Assembly: GCA_009920775.1 (NCBI GenBank)
Contig: RFZI01000001.1
Location: forward strand, 1 to 60,604
DNA length: 60,604 bases
Reading direction: 5' to 3'
From: Paracoccaceae bacterium
GTDB lineage: Bacteria; Pseudomonadota; Alphaproteobacteria; Rhodobacterales; Rhodobacteraceae
Below the pieces are notes generated by a model. The model saw only the letters and a program-made list of their open reading frames with translations. It was not told the origin of the DNA and searched no databases. The translations under genes were made by a program, and so were the position numbers. Shown in pieces: positions 1 through 9,385 of this stretch. Numbering within the stretch: position 1 is the stretch's first letter; every line of letters begins with the position of its first letter.

Positions 1-884
1 GGCGGCATCTGGGTCTCGCGGAGCGTATAAAACGCGCCGGGGAGGAGGACGGCGACAGTACCCGAAGCAGTCATCGCCTTGGCGTCATCCGCCGTGGCGT
101 ATTCCACATGATCCGCCGACAGCGCCCCATATCGGGTGGCAAGCGCCGCGCCGCCCAGCCACGAAAGCTGTTCGGCATGGAGCTTGACCGGCAGGACCAG
201 CGCCTTGGCCGCATCAAAGACCTGAGCGATCTGATCGGGCGGAAAGGCGATGCCCTCGCAGAACCCGTCGACGGCATCGACGAGGCCTTCGGCATGGGCC
301 GCGTGCAGGGTCGGGATCACCACCTCGTCGATATAGGCATCCGAGCGGCCTGCGTATTCGGCGGGGATGGCATGGGCGCCGAGGAAGGTCGTTTTGATTC
401 GCACCTTGCGCTCGCGCCCGATGGCGCGGGCGACACGCAGCATCCGCAGCTCAGTCTCGCGATCAAGGCCATAGCCCGACTTCACTTCGATGGTCGTCGC
501 GCCCTCGGCGATCAGGGCATCGGCCCGCTCCAGGGCGCTTGCGAGGAGGGTGGCTTCGCTGGCGGCGCGGGTCGCGCCAACGGTCGAGACGATCCCGCCA
601 CCGGCTCGGGCGATGGCCTCATAGCTCGCGCCCTCGAGCCGCATCTCGAATTCGCGGGCGCGGTGGCCGCCAAAGACGATGTGGGTATGACAGTCGATCA
701 GGGCGGGCGTCACCAGACGCCCCTCGAGATCGCGCGCCTCCTGAGCCTTGTGGTCCGCAGGAATCGCGTCGGCCTTTCCAACCCAGACGATCCGCTCGCC
801 CTCAATGACAACGGCCCCATTCTCGATGAGGCCATAGCGTTCCGGCCCGGTCAGGGTCGCAAGGGTGGCGTTGGTCAGCAGCAC
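1..884 (-). CDS. hutI: imidazolonepropionase HutI (C-terminus cut by window edge)
   Basis: Manual minus-strand translation from GTG at 884 (AAGAGG 8 nt upstream) is open to position 1. It reads [54 protein letters not shown]. Absent from the ORF track because it runs off the window. Neighbours are hutF and hutC. Confidence 0.85.
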   Translation of the reverse strand, partial: MLLTNATLATLTGPERYGLIENGAVVIEGERIVWVGKADAIPADHKAQEARDLEGRLVTPALIDCHTHIVFGGHRAREFEMRLEGASYEAIARAGGGIVSTVGATRAASEATLLASALERADALIAEGATTIEVKSGYGLDRETELRMLRVARAIGRERKVRIKTTFLGAHAIPAEYAGRSDAYIDEVVIPTLHAAHAEGLVDAVDGFCEGIAFPPDQIAQVFDAAKALVLPVKLHAEQLSWLGGAALATRYGALSADHVEYATADDAKAMTASGTVAVLLPGAFYTLRETQMP

Positions 885-918
885 GGGAGTCGCCTCTTGT
901 TTGGCGTGAACAATACTG

Positions 919-938
919 TATTATGTCCATACATAATA
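919..938. promoter_or_regulatory. candidate HutC operator, palindrome TATTATGT-CCAT-ACATAATA
   Basis: Perfect 8-bp inverted repeat in the 64-bp AT-rich hutI/hutF divergent intergenic region. Its GACATAAT core recurs upstream of hutC. Confidence 0.5.
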
Positions 939-948
939 TCTGTCAAGG

Positions 949-2325
949 TTGGCTGAGATGACGAAACTCTGGGCACGGCAAGCTCTTCTGGCAAACGGTT
1001 GGGCCAAGGATGTGGCCATTGAAATCGGGGCGGACGGGCGCATTGCTTCGGTCGTCCCCGATAGCTCGGCGCAGGGTCGGACGGTCGATTACCTTGTTCC
1101 TGCCCCCGCAAATTCCCACTCCCACGCCTTCCAGCGGGCGATGGCGGGCCTGACCGAGCGGCGCGGTCAGAATGCTTCCGACAGCTTCTGGACATGGCGC
1201 ACGCTCATGTATCGCTTCCTCGACCAGATCACCCCCGATCAGGTCGAAGCCATTGCCGCTTTCGTGCAGATGGAGATGCTCGAGGCGGGCTATGGGGCGA
1301 ATGTCGAGTTCCACTACCTGCACCATCAGCCCGACGGCCAGCCCTATGACAATATCGCCGAAATGTCGGAGCGGATCGCCGCCGCCGCCGCCAGCCAAAG
1401 CGGCATCGGCCTAACGCTCCTTCCGGTGCACTACCAATACGGCGGCTGCGACAAGCGCGCCCTCGGACCGGGCCAGCGGCGTTTTGGCAACGATCCCGAG
1501 CGCTTCGCTCGCCTTCACGAGGCCGCCGGTGCTGCGCTGGGCGGCTTGCCTTCGGACACCGTTCTAGGCGTCGCCCCCCATTCGCTTCGAGCGGTCGCGC
1601 CTGAACACCTCGCTCAAACCGCCGCCCTCGCGGGCAGCGGCCCCGTGCATATGCACCTCGCCGAACAGATCGCCGAAATGGATGAAGTCTTGTCTTTTCG
1701 CGGAGCGCGACCGGTCGAATGGGCGCTCGGAAATATCGATCTCGGGCCTAATTGGTGTCTAATCCACTGCACCCAGATGCAGCCCCACGAGACAGAAAGC
1801 CTTGCCCGTACTGGAGCTATCGCTGGCCTTTGCCCGCTCACCGAAGCAAGCCTTGGCGACGGGATATTTGACGGTGTGCGCTGGCTCAATTCCGGCGGCG
1901 CGATCTCGCTTGGGTCCGACAGCAACATCCGCATCTCGCTTGCCGAGGAGATCCGCCAGCTCGATACCACCCAGCGCTTGCGCGACCATACCCGCGCGGC
2001 GCTTGCAACGCCCGAGCTATCAACCGGCCGCCGTATTTTCGAGGCATCCGCCAAGGGCGGCGCCCAAGCGGCCGGACGCGGCGCTGGCGTCATTGCCGAG
2101 GGCAACTGGGCCGACCTGTTGGCGTTTGACATGGGCCACCCCGATCTATCCGGCCTGCACGGCGACACGGTGATCGACATCTTCGCCTTTGCCGGCGGCA
2201 CGGGGATGATTGGCGAAGTCTGGTCCGCTGGGCGGCATCTGGTGCGTGGCGGCGAACACATCAACCGCGCTGCCATCACCTCAGCCTATCGCAAAGCCGT
2301 GTCGGCGTTGCGCGACGGGCTCTAA
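949..2325 (+). CDS. hutF: formimidoylglutamate deiminase HutF
   Basis: 458-aa ORF with the PAPANSHSHAFQRAMAGLTE metal-binding motif typical of HutF/amidohydrolases. TTG at 949; ATG at 958 with AAGG 9 nt upstream is an alternative start. Confidence 0.85.
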   Translation: MAEMTKLWARQALLANGWAKDVAIEIGADGRIASVVPDSSAQGRTVDYLVPAPANSHSHAFQRAMAGLTERRGQNASDSFWTWRTLMYRFLDQITPDQVEAIAAFVQMEMLEAGYGANVEFHYLHHQPDGQPYDNIAEMSERIAAAAASQSGIGLTLLPVHYQYGGCDKRALGPGQRRFGNDPERFARLHEAAGAALGGLPSDTVLGVAPHSLRAVAPEHLAQTAALAGSGPVHMHLAEQIAEMDEVLSFRGARPVEWALGNIDLGPNWCLIHCTQMQPHETESLARTGAIAGLCPLTEASLGDGIFDGVRWLNSGGAISLGSDSNIRISLAEEIRQLDTTQRLRDHTRAALATPELSTGRRIFEASAKGGAQAAGRGAGVIAEGNWADLLAFDMGHPDLSGLHGDTVIDIFAFAGGTGMIGEVWSAGRHLVRGGEHINRAAITSAYRKAVSALRDGL

Positions 2326-3017
2326 TAGCGCGTCGTCATCCGATGGCCGGGCCGATAAACAAGCCGGACATAGGTCACCGCCTGATCCTGCCACCATGTC
2401 GAGCGTTCAAGCTGGAACAGCGGATCCCCCGGTGAACAGCTCAGGTTATTGGCAAGTGCCTGATCAGCTGTAGCCGCAGAAAAGCTGATCTCAGCATCCG
2501 AAAAAGGAACCGCCGCCACAAGCCATTCGTTCGGCCCCAGCACAGAGAAATCTGCCTCTCGCGCCTCAGGCAAAAGCGCAAGATTGATCCAGCGATCCTC
2601 GAACTGATAGGGGCTTCCGTCTGCGAAATGCATACAGACAAGGTGCAATACCTCGGTCTTTGCATCGAGTTTGAGCCGAGCCCGCAGCCAATCGGGCGCA
2701 ACTTCGACCGCTGACGAAATCAAGGCATAGCGATAGGCTTGCCCCTGATCTTCGATCTCGCGCCGCACGAGCGGAATATCGAACCGGGCCCGCCGCAGGG
2801 GCGACATCCGAACCTTCGATCCCGCCTTGCGTTTGCGCTCGATAATGCCTTCCTCCGCCAGCTCACGCATCGCCCGGTTCACCGTTGCCCGAGCGACCCC
2901 ATAGCTCGCGGCAAGCTCGATCTCATTGGGTATCGAAGCGCCCGGCCGCCAATCCCCCTTGGTTATCTTGCGAAGAATGTCGGCCTTGATGTCGCGATAG
3001 GTGGTGTGTTGCGGCAA
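2322..3017 (-). CDS. hutC: GntR/HutC-family histidine utilisation repressor
   Basis: 231 aa. N-terminal GntR wHTH (IPNEIELAASYGVARATVNRAMRELAEEGII) plus a UTRA-like C-terminal domain. TTG start. Overlaps the hutF stop by 4 bp. Confidence 0.85.
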   Translation of the reverse strand: MPQHTTYRDIKADILRKITKGDWRPGASIPNEIELAASYGVARATVNRAMRELAEEGIIERKRKAGSKVRMSPLRRARFDIPLVRREIEDQGQAYRYALISSAVEVAPDWLRARLKLDAKTEVLHLVCMHFADGSPYQFEDRWINLALLPEAREADFSVLGPNEWLVAAVPFSDAEISFSAATADQALANNLSCSPGDPLFQLERSTWWQDQAVTYVRLVYRPGHRMTTRY

Positions 3018-3043
3018 TTTCCAGACCCTCGCGAAGCAAACGC

Positions 3044-3084
3044 AGACATAATGGCGACTTTATAGACATATTCCTAGACATATT
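3044..3084. promoter_or_regulatory. three copies of AGACATA(A/T)T, candidate HutC autoregulatory sites
   Basis: AGACATAAT at 3044-3052, AGACATATT at 3064-3072 and 3076-3084. They lie in the hutC/pxpB divergent intergenic region and share the core of the 919-938 palindrome. Confidence 0.4.
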
Positions 3085-3207
3085 GCAGGGGCTACCCTTG
3101 CGGCAATCTGTTTCATGCATCGAACGATGAGGCTCTGGACGGCTCGGAGTTGACCCTACCTCGATCCCCGCGCTCTATGCGAAGCGGATCAACAAAGGCG
3201 CCTACAG

Positions 3208-3960
3208 ATGACCGGCCCCAAGGCACAGACGCCCGCTTACGAGATCCTGCCACTCGGGCAGGATTGCGTCCTCGTGCGCTTTGCCCGCAAGCCGGACCTA
3301 TCCGCTCTTTCGGCGGCGCAAAGGTTTCGGGCGGTCATTGCCGGCCAACAGCATTCCGAAATCACTGAGGTCGCACCATCACTGGCCTCTGTGCTTCTCC
3401 GGTTTGATCCGGGGGCAACACCTCGCGCCCGGATCGAGGTGATTGTCCAAAAGGCCTTGGCTGAATTGGGCCCTGATGCCGACCTTCCGGCGCCCACCCG
3501 CCGCTGGCATCTGCCCGTTGCTTTCGGCGCAGACGCAGGCCCCCAACTCGCAGAAGCTGCGGCGCTTGCCGGCCTGACCCAAGAGGCCGCAGTCCGGCAA
3601 ATGGTCGAGGCTGATCTGCGCGTCCTTGCCATCGGCTTTGCCCCCGGTCAGCCCTATATCGGCCTACTCCCAGACAACTGGAACCTGCCGCGCCTGTCGC
3701 AACTGACGCCCAAAGTTCCGGCCGGAGCACTTGTGGTCGCTGTGCGCCAGCTCGTGCTCTTCTGCAACGACAGCACGACAGGCTGGCGCCAGATCGGCCA
3801 AACCGGCTTTCGTCCGTTTTGGCCCCATAGCTCGACCCCGTTCCGCCTCGAGGTTGGCGATGCGATTCGAATCGAGCATGTTTCTCAAATGGACCTCGCA
3901 GCGCTCGCCCCTGAAAGAACCGAGGGTCTGGGTGGAGCACGGCTGGAAAAAACGCGATGA
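3208..3960 (+). CDS. pxpB: 5-oxoprolinase subunit B (KipI/allophanate hydrolase subunit 1 family)
   Basis: 250 aa. Family-typical RVLAIGFAPGQPYIG and VAVRQLVLFCNDSTTGW segments. Followed by pxpC and pxpA with overlapping or adjacent stops and starts. Confidence 0.75.
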   Translation: MTGPKAQTPAYEILPLGQDCVLVRFARKPDLSALSAAQRFRAVIAGQQHSEITEVAPSLASVLLRFDPGATPRARIEVIVQKALAELGPDADLPAPTRRWHLPVAFGADAGPQLAEAAALAGLTQEAAVRQMVEADLRVLAIGFAPGQPYIGLLPDNWNLPRLSQLTPKVPAGALVVAVRQLVLFCNDSTTGWRQIGQTGFRPFWPHSSTPFRLEVGDAIRIEHVSQMDLAALAPERTEGLGGARLEKTR

Positions 3961-4979
3961 CCCCCACTCTGCAAATTCTCCGCGCCGGTCCGCAGATGAC
4001 GGTTCAGGATCTGGGCCGCCCAGCCCTGACCGCGCAAGGACTTGCCACGGGTGGCGCGGCCGATCGCACGGCCCTTGCAGAAGCGGCGGCGCTCTTGAAC
4101 TTAGCTCATTTCCCGGCGGCCATCGAAATGGCGGGCATGGGGGGCGAATTTGCTGTCACATTGCCGACCCGAATCGCCCTCACCGGCGCACCGATGCGCG
4201 CCAAGGTCGATGCCAAAGAGATTGGCTGGAAACAGACCCACCTCATTTTGCCGGGGCAGAGGCTTTCGATCGGCGGGGCGCTTTCGGGGGTCTATGGCTA
4301 CCTAGCGACAGCGGGCGGCATTGCCACCGAGCCGGTTCTAGGAAGCCGCTCGACGCACCTTGTTGGAAATATCGGCCAGATCCTTGCCGCGGGTGATGGC
4401 TTGATCTTGGGGCCGGACCCCACGCCAAACGCTCCAACGGTTCGAATTACCCCCGAACCCCGCTTCTCGGGTGGCGCTGTTCGGATGATGCCTGGCCCAC
4501 AAACCGGGCTTTTCGAGAAGGCCGAGCTTGCGCGTTTTCTGGCGTCGGAGTTTGCCCGCGGCGCCGCTTCAAACCGGCAGGGCGTGAGGCTCGAGCACGG
4601 GGGTGCACCATTTCAGGCAGGCGAAGCGGCAGGCTTGGCTTCCGATTTCATCGCCGTCGGTGACGTCCAGATGACAGGCGATGGCGTGCCCTATGTCCTT
4701 CTTTCCGAATGTCAGACGATGGGCGGCTATCCCCGCATCGGAACAGTCATCGGAGCCGATCTCTCCCGCATTGCCCAGTTATCCCTTGGCGGACGGGTCC
4801 GGTTCACATTGATCAGCGTTGAGGAGGCCGATCGCCTCTATCGCTCGCCCGCGCAAATGATCGCCGAGGCGAAAAGCCGCGTCGCGCCATTGGTTCGCGA
4901 TCCAAGCGAGATTTCGGATTTGCTTGGGTATCAGCTCATCGGCGGCGTAGTCTCGGGGCGGGACGAAGAGGAATACTAG
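3957..4979 (+). CDS. pxpC: 5-oxoprolinase subunit C (KipA/allophanate hydrolase subunit 2 family)
   Basis: 340 aa. LQILRAGPQMTVQDLGRP and ECQTMGGYPRIG motifs typical of the biotin-independent carboxyltransferase-like family. ATGA overlap with pxpB. Confidence 0.75.
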   Translation: MTPTLQILRAGPQMTVQDLGRPALTAQGLATGGAADRTALAEAAALLNLAHFPAAIEMAGMGGEFAVTLPTRIALTGAPMRAKVDAKEIGWKQTHLILPGQRLSIGGALSGVYGYLATAGGIATEPVLGSRSTHLVGNIGQILAAGDGLILGPDPTPNAPTVRITPEPRFSGGAVRMMPGPQTGLFEKAELARFLASEFARGAASNRQGVRLEHGGAPFQAGEAAGLASDFIAVGDVQMTGDGVPYVLLSECQTMGGYPRIGTVIGADLSRIAQLSLGGRVRFTLISVEEADRLYRSPAQMIAEAKSRVAPLVRDPSEISDLLGYQLIGGVVSGRDEEEY

Positions 4980-4980
4980 G

Positions 4981-5751
4981 ATGGTCACACGGGTGGATCT
5001 AAACTCCGACATGGGCGAGGGCTATGGCCCTTGGAAGATGGGCGATGATGACGCGCTTCTCGATGTAGTCACCTCGGCCAATATCGCCTGCGGCTTTCAC
5101 GCAGGTGATGCGGATGTGATGGCCCGCACGATGAAGATCGCTTCGGAACGCGGTGTCGGCATCGGCGCGCATCCGGGCTTTGCCGATACCCAAGGCTTCG
5201 GCCGCCGCCGGATCGACCTTTCGCATGACGAGCTTACCAACCTCGTCGCTTTTCAACTGGGTGCCGCGCAGGCGATGGCGCGGCTTGTCGGGGCCGAGGT
5301 GCGGCACCTCAAGCTGCACGGGGCGCTCGCCAATATGGCGTCCGAGAATGCCGCCATGGCCGAGGCCTGCTATCGCGCGGCGCTTACGGTCGATCCTGAG
5401 ATCATCATCGTCGTCCTTGCCGCGACCGAGATGGAGCGCGTGGTGCGCGATCTGGGCTGCAACTGGGCCGGCGAGATCTTTGCCGACCGCGCCTATAACG
5501 ACGACGCGACCCTTGTTGATCGGCGCAAGCCCGGCGCAGTGATCCATGATGGCGAGGCGGCGGCCGAACGGATGCTCAAGATGCTGGCCGCCGATGCGAT
5601 CATCACCGAAAGCGGTCAGTATATCCCCACGCGCATCGACACGATCTGCCTGCATGGCGATACACCCGGCTCGGCGCAGATGGCGCACGTGATCCGCGAG
5701 AGGCTCATCGCGGGCGGCATCACGATCGAACGCTTCGCCGCCCGAAAATAG
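4981..5751 (+). CDS. pxpA: 5-oxoprolinase subunit A (LamB/YcsF family)
   Basis: 256 aa. N-terminus VDLNSDMGEGYGPW..ANIACGFHAGD is the LamB/YcsF signature. Confidence 0.85.
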   Translation: MVTRVDLNSDMGEGYGPWKMGDDDALLDVVTSANIACGFHAGDADVMARTMKIASERGVGIGAHPGFADTQGFGRRRIDLSHDELTNLVAFQLGAAQAMARLVGAEVRHLKLHGALANMASENAAMAEACYRAALTVDPEIIIVVLAATEMERVVRDLGCNWAGEIFADRAYNDDATLVDRRKPGAVIHDGEAAAERMLKMLAADAIITESGQYIPTRIDTICLHGDTPGSAQMAHVIRERLIAGGITIERFAARK

Positions 5752-5758
5752 GCTCTAG

Positions 5759-7126
5759 CTAGGCCCCAAGCCGCTCCAAGAGCTTGCAATAGGCGATCTG
5801 GCCATTGCGATAGCTCGACAGGCGATAGAACTCGTTCGGTGCATGGATGTTCTCGTCATCAAGGCCAAAGGCCATGACCGCGCCATGCACGCCAAGCTCT
5901 TTGAGGAGAAGCGTCATCACCGGGATCGAGCCGCCGGTGCGGACAATGTAGGGATCGCGGCCGTAGACTTCCTTGAGGACTTCGTTCACCGCCGCCGTTG
6001 CGTTATGCCCATTCGGCACAAGGAACGGATCGGCATTGCCCGGCAACCGCTCTACCGAGACCCGCAGGCCCTTGGGCGTGAGGCTCTCGATATGCGCCTT
6101 CAGAAGCGCATAGATCTTGTCCGGCATCTGGTTGGCGACAAGGCGGCAGGTGATCTTGGCCTTGGCCTCGCGCGGCAGCACGGTCTTGATGCCGCCACCC
6201 TGATAACCGCCCCAAAGCCCGTTGATTTCAAGCGTCGGCCGCGCCCAGAGGTTCTCGCGGGTGCTATAGCCCTCCTCGCCAAACACATCCGGCACCCCAA
6301 GCTCGTCGATATATTCCGACTCGTCAAAGGGCGCGCGGGCAATGGCCTCGCGATCCTCCACCGTCAGGTCGATCACATCTTCATAGAAGCCCGGGACATT
6401 GATCCGCCCATCACGCCCCTTCAGCTCGGCGATGATCTGCGACAGCCCGTGCAGCGCATTGGCCACGCCGCCGCCGTGCATCCCCGAGTGAAGGTCGGAT
6501 CTCGCACCGGTGACTGTTACCTCGCAACCGACGAGGCCCTTGAGGCCCAGAAGGAGGTTGGGCTCGGTCTCGCTCCACTGGCCGCCGTCGGCCGAGATGA
6601 TCATGTCGGCCTTCAGCATCTTGCTATTGGCGTTGATAAAGGGGGCGAGGGTGGGCGAGCCAATCTCTTCCTGCCCTTCAAAGAAGAACTTCACATTGAC
6701 CGGCAGCTTTCCGGTTGTCTTGAGCAGCGCCTCGGCGGCGATGATCGGGGTCATCATCCCGCCCTTGTCGTCGGATGCACCGCGGCCATAGATCCGGTCG
6801 TCGCGCAGGGCCGCCTCAAACGGCGGCGTGTCCCACAGATCGAAGGGCTCGGCGGGCTGCACGTCGAAATGGCCGTAGAGAAGCACGGTCGGCTTGTCGG
6901 CTCCGGCATGAAGCCAGTCACCATAAACTACCGGATGCCCGGCTGTCGGATACATGGCGACGTTCTCGGCCCCCGCCGCCTTGAGACGGGTGACAACCCA
7001 CTCACCCGCGGCTTCAACATCCGGCATATGCTCGGGCTTGGCCGAGACTGAAGGGATCCGCACAAGATCCCGCAGCTCTTCAACAAACCTGTTCTGATTG
7101 GCGCTCAGATAGTCTTCCCAGTTCAT
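5759..7126 (-). CDS. M20-family dipeptidase / peptidase
   Basis: 455 aa. LLYGHFDVQP..GRGASDDKG..FFFEGQEEIGS metal-ligand motifs of peptidase M20. GGGGAGAG RBS. Confidence 0.8.
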   Translation of the reverse strand: MNWEDYLSANQNRFVEELRDLVRIPSVSAKPEHMPDVEAAGEWVVTRLKAAGAENVAMYPTAGHPVVYGDWLHAGADKPTVLLYGHFDVQPAEPFDLWDTPPFEAALRDDRIYGRGASDDKGGMMTPIIAAEALLKTTGKLPVNVKFFFEGQEEIGSPTLAPFINANSKMLKADMIISADGGQWSETEPNLLLGLKGLVGCEVTVTGARSDLHSGMHGGGVANALHGLSQIIAELKGRDGRINVPGFYEDVIDLTVEDREAIARAPFDESEYIDELGVPDVFGEEGYSTRENLWARPTLEINGLWGGYQGGGIKTVLPREAKAKITCRLVANQMPDKIYALLKAHIESLTPKGLRVSVERLPGNADPFLVPNGHNATAAVNEVLKEVYGRDPYIVRTGGSIPVMTLLLKELGVHGAVMAFGLDDENIHAPNEFYRLSSYRNGQIAYCKLLERLGA

Positions 7127-7528
7127 CGGACTCTCCCCTGTTTTGACGCGAGCCTATGAGGAATGTCATTGGCAGTCCACTTCACATAGTCTGACTGAAT
7201 ATCAACAAAAGGTTGCAAAAGCCCTCTCTTGAAACAACTTGAAGCATAGGATGGTTGTCGCTATGCAAGATCACAAGAAATGCCGTTTATGTTGAAGCCC
7301 CGAGCCGCTGAGAGAGAAGGTTTGTACCAGATTCTTTAGCATTCTTGTCTCGTGATGAGAGCATGTACCCGGTTGGATAAAAAACTTAAAGCTGTCGTAG
7401 TTCCTTCAAGGCCGGTCGGCGAGAAACTGGACAGAGCCTGGGCCATGCGTCATTGTCACTATCGCGCTGGCCCGGATTGCAGATAGAGCCAAGGTCGCGC
7501 AAAAGAGGCAAGATTTTAGGGAATCCTC

Positions 7529-8140
7529 ATGCTCGATGCCGCTGCCCGCAGATTGATAGATCCGCCCCTCGAGGCGCTGGGACGTCGCCTGGCGACGCAT
7601 GGCGTCGGGGCAGACGCAGTGACCCTGATTGGCCTCCTAATGGGGCTGTTGTCAGCGGCGTTTATTGTGGCGGGACTCTATTCTTTGGCGCTAGTGTTTC
7701 TCTTCGCCTCGCGGCTGGCCGACGGCCTCGATGGCGCCATCGCCCGCGCTGGCCGATCGACCGACTTCGGCGGCTATCTCGACATAACGGCCGATTTTCT
7801 TTTTTACGGATCTGTGCCGCTGGCCTTCATATTTGCCGATCCGGCAACCAACGGTGCGGCGGGTGGATTTCTCCTTGCGTCTTTCTACGTCAATGGCGCG
7901 ACCTTCCTCGGGTTTTCGGTTCTGGCCGAGCGCCACAAAATGAAGACCGAAGTTCATGGCAAAAAGTCCCTCTACTTCTCCGATGGGATTTTGGAGGGCA
8001 CAGAAACCATTTTGTTTTTTGTTCTAATTTGCCTTTGGCCAACAAATTTCCAAGTTTTTGCATGGCTATTTGGCTCGTTGTGTTTTCTCACGGCGCTGAT
8101 GCGAGTGCTTGGTGCGCGAAAGATCTTCGGAAAGGACTGA
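7529..8140 (+). CDS. ynjF: CDP-alcohol phosphatidyltransferase family membrane protein (YnjF-like)
   Basis: 203 aa, multi-TM. Carries the signature DGLDGAIARAGRSTDFGGYLDITAD (D-G-x2-A-R-x8-G-x3-D-x3-D). Confidence 0.75.
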   Translation: MLDAAARRLIDPPLEALGRRLATHGVGADAVTLIGLLMGLLSAAFIVAGLYSLALVFLFASRLADGLDGAIARAGRSTDFGGYLDITADFLFYGSVPLAFIFADPATNGAAGGFLLASFYVNGATFLGFSVLAERHKMKTEVHGKKSLYFSDGILEGTETILFFVLICLWPTNFQVFAWLFGSLCFLTALMRVLGARKIFGKD

Positions 8141-8141
8141 T

Positions 8142-9344
8142 ATGCGTCTCGCATATACACTGGCGGCGGCTTTGGCTGCACCTCAGGCTTCTCTTGCTGC
8201 CAATCCCGTCGATTGGCCATCGGTTCTGTCCGAGGCTCAAGGGCAGACCGTATATTGGAATGCCTGGGGCGGCTCGGAGGCCACCAACGCCTTCATCGGC
8301 TGGGTTGGGGATCGTGTCGAGGCTGACTATGGCGTTTCGCTCGTCCATGTGAAGCTGAGTGATACCGCTGACGCCGTGAGCCGCGTGCTAGCGGAGCGGG
8401 CCGCGGGCATCGACGAGGGCGGCGCGATCGATCTTATTTGGATCAACGGCGCAAATTTCGCGGCGATGAAGTCTGAGGGACTACTTTTCGGTCCCTTTGC
8501 TGAAAACCTGCCGAATTGGGCCTTTGTAGATGGCGAGGGCAAGACCGTAACCACCGATTTCACTGTGCCGACTGACGGCTATGAAAGCCCGTGGGCGATG
8601 GCGCAGGTGGTTTTCATGCGGGATACCGCCGATCTGCCCGATGCACCGGGGTCGGCTGCCGAGATCCTCGACTGGGCCACCGCCCATCCGGGCCGCTTCA
8701 CCTATCCCCAGCCGCCCGATTTCCTCGGAACGACCTTCCTCAAGCAGATGCTTGTCGATCTTACCAATGATGCCTTGGCCCTCGCAGCCGCGCCAGAAAG
8801 TGATGCCGCCTATGAGGCCGTGACCGCCCCGCTCTGGGCCTATCTCGATGCGTTGACGCCGCATCTCTGGCGCTCGGGCCGGGCCTATCCGGCGACCGGA
8901 CCCGCACAACTTCAGCTGATCTACGACAACGAGATCGACCTAGCGATTTCCTTCAGTCCCGGCGAGGCCACCGCCGCCATTTCGAACGGGCTATTGCCCG
9001 ACACAGTTCGCACATCGGTTCTCGCCAAGGGCACCATCGGCAACGCCTCTTTCCTGGCCATTCCCTACAACGCCAATGCCGCCGCCGGTGCGATGGTCGT
9101 GGCTGATTTCCTCCTGTCGTCCGAGGCGCAACTGCGCGCGCAGGATCCGGCAATCCTCGGCTATGGCACCGTGCTCGACATGGCGAAACTGCCCGATGCC
9201 GACCGCGCCGACTTTGGCGCGCTCGACCTTGGCATCGCCACCCTGAGCCCCGCCGAGCTTGGCACCGCACAGCCCGAGCCGCACCCCGACTGGATGACCC
9301 GCATCGCCGCCGACTGGCAGCACCGCTATGGCGCGGGCCTCTAG
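8142..9344 (+). CDS. ynjB: ABC transporter periplasmic substrate-binding protein (YnjB-like)
   Basis: ATG at 8142 gives MRLAYTLAAALAAPQASLA, a signal peptide. The ORF-track start at 8109 overlaps ynjF. Followed by a permease and an ATPase. Confidence 0.7.
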   Translation: MRLAYTLAAALAAPQASLAANPVDWPSVLSEAQGQTVYWNAWGGSEATNAFIGWVGDRVEADYGVSLVHVKLSDTADAVSRVLAERAAGIDEGGAIDLIWINGANFAAMKSEGLLFGPFAENLPNWAFVDGEGKTVTTDFTVPTDGYESPWAMAQVVFMRDTADLPDAPGSAAEILDWATAHPGRFTYPQPPDFLGTTFLKQMLVDLTNDALALAAAPESDAAYEAVTAPLWAYLDALTPHLWRSGRAYPATGPAQLQLIYDNEIDLAISFSPGEATAAISNGLLPDTVRTSVLAKGTIGNASFLAIPYNANAAAGAMVVADFLLSSEAQLRAQDPAILGYGTVLDMAKLPDADRADFGALDLGIATLSPAELGTAQPEPHPDWMTRIAADWQHRYGAGL

Positions 9345-9385
9345 CGCGGCTTGACAGGCAAGGACCGGCGCGGGGAGATACCGTC

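Noticed and set aside
7244-7420. Riboswitch or sRNA in the AT-rich ynjF upstream region
   Set aside because: It contains only short generic hairpins. No conserved riboswitch core (TPP, SAM-II, glycine, cobalamin and others) could be recognised by eye. Kept only as a low-interest finding.
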